A DNA stretch of 32,000 nt from Ureaplasma parvum serovar 3 str. ATCC 27815 (GTDB taxonomy: Bacteria; Bacillota_I; Bacilli_A; Mycoplasmatales; Mycoplasmoidaceae): the NCBI RefSeq assembly GCF_000019345.1, contig NC_010503.1, forward strand, positions 180,001-212,000, given 5' to 3'. A program made the translations under genes and the position numbers. This document shows positions 31,969 through 32,000 of this stretch, piece after piece. Below the pieces are notes generated by a model, which did not search any database, was not told the DNA's origin, and was given only the letters and a program-made list of their open reading frames with translations. How positions within the stretch are numbered: the stretch's first letter is position 1; every line of letters starts with the position of its first letter.

Positions 31969-32000
31969 TATTAACTTAAAATTAAATTTTTCATTTTAGC

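Noticed and set aside
1-32000. CRISPR array, insertion sequences or restriction-modification genes
   Set aside because: No regularly spaced direct repeats, no transposase-like ORF and no methyltransferase motif were noticed on manual reading.

Overview
This is a mollicute window that uses genetic code 4 (UGA = Trp), so most real genes appear broken into fragments in the supplied standard-code ORF track. The lipoprotein signal peptide at 30417 closely resembles what I recall of the Ureaplasma multiple-banded antigen (MBA), so the host is most likely a Ureaplasma; this was not checked against a database. Left flank: smc (3' part), ftsY, a YlxM-like gene, a large lipoprotein ending in a DUF31/MIP-type serine protease domain, tRNA-Ile(GAU) and tRNA-Ala(UGC). 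Centre: an approximately 20.5 kb prophage (about 9012-29486) bounded by a 7-bp direct repeat ATAATCA inside a partly conserved 15-bp site. It has a plus-strand early module (tyrosine integrase, PD-(D/E)XK exonuclease, small ORFs, Bet/RecT-like annealase, RuvC-like nuclease) and a minus-strand late module (small terminase, TerL, portal, 1160-aa structural protein, small membrane proteins, scaffold-like protein, capsid, collagen-like fiber). Right flank: a phase-variable lipoprotein locus. A 49-bp near-perfect inverted repeat (30096-30144 / 30823-30871) brackets the promoter and N-terminal coding part of the expressed MBA-like gene. The opposite arm is a promoterless alternative C-terminal cassette, and the prophage is integrated inside it; removing the prophage restores one open frame. 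A strong sigma70-type promoter at the right end of the prophage points out across attR. In the excised circle it would read across attP directly into the integrase/recombination operon, so early expression may depend on circularization. A 22-aa hydrophobic peptide gene with a strong Shine-Dalgarno sequence and a convergent promoter resembles a type I toxin-antitoxin locus.
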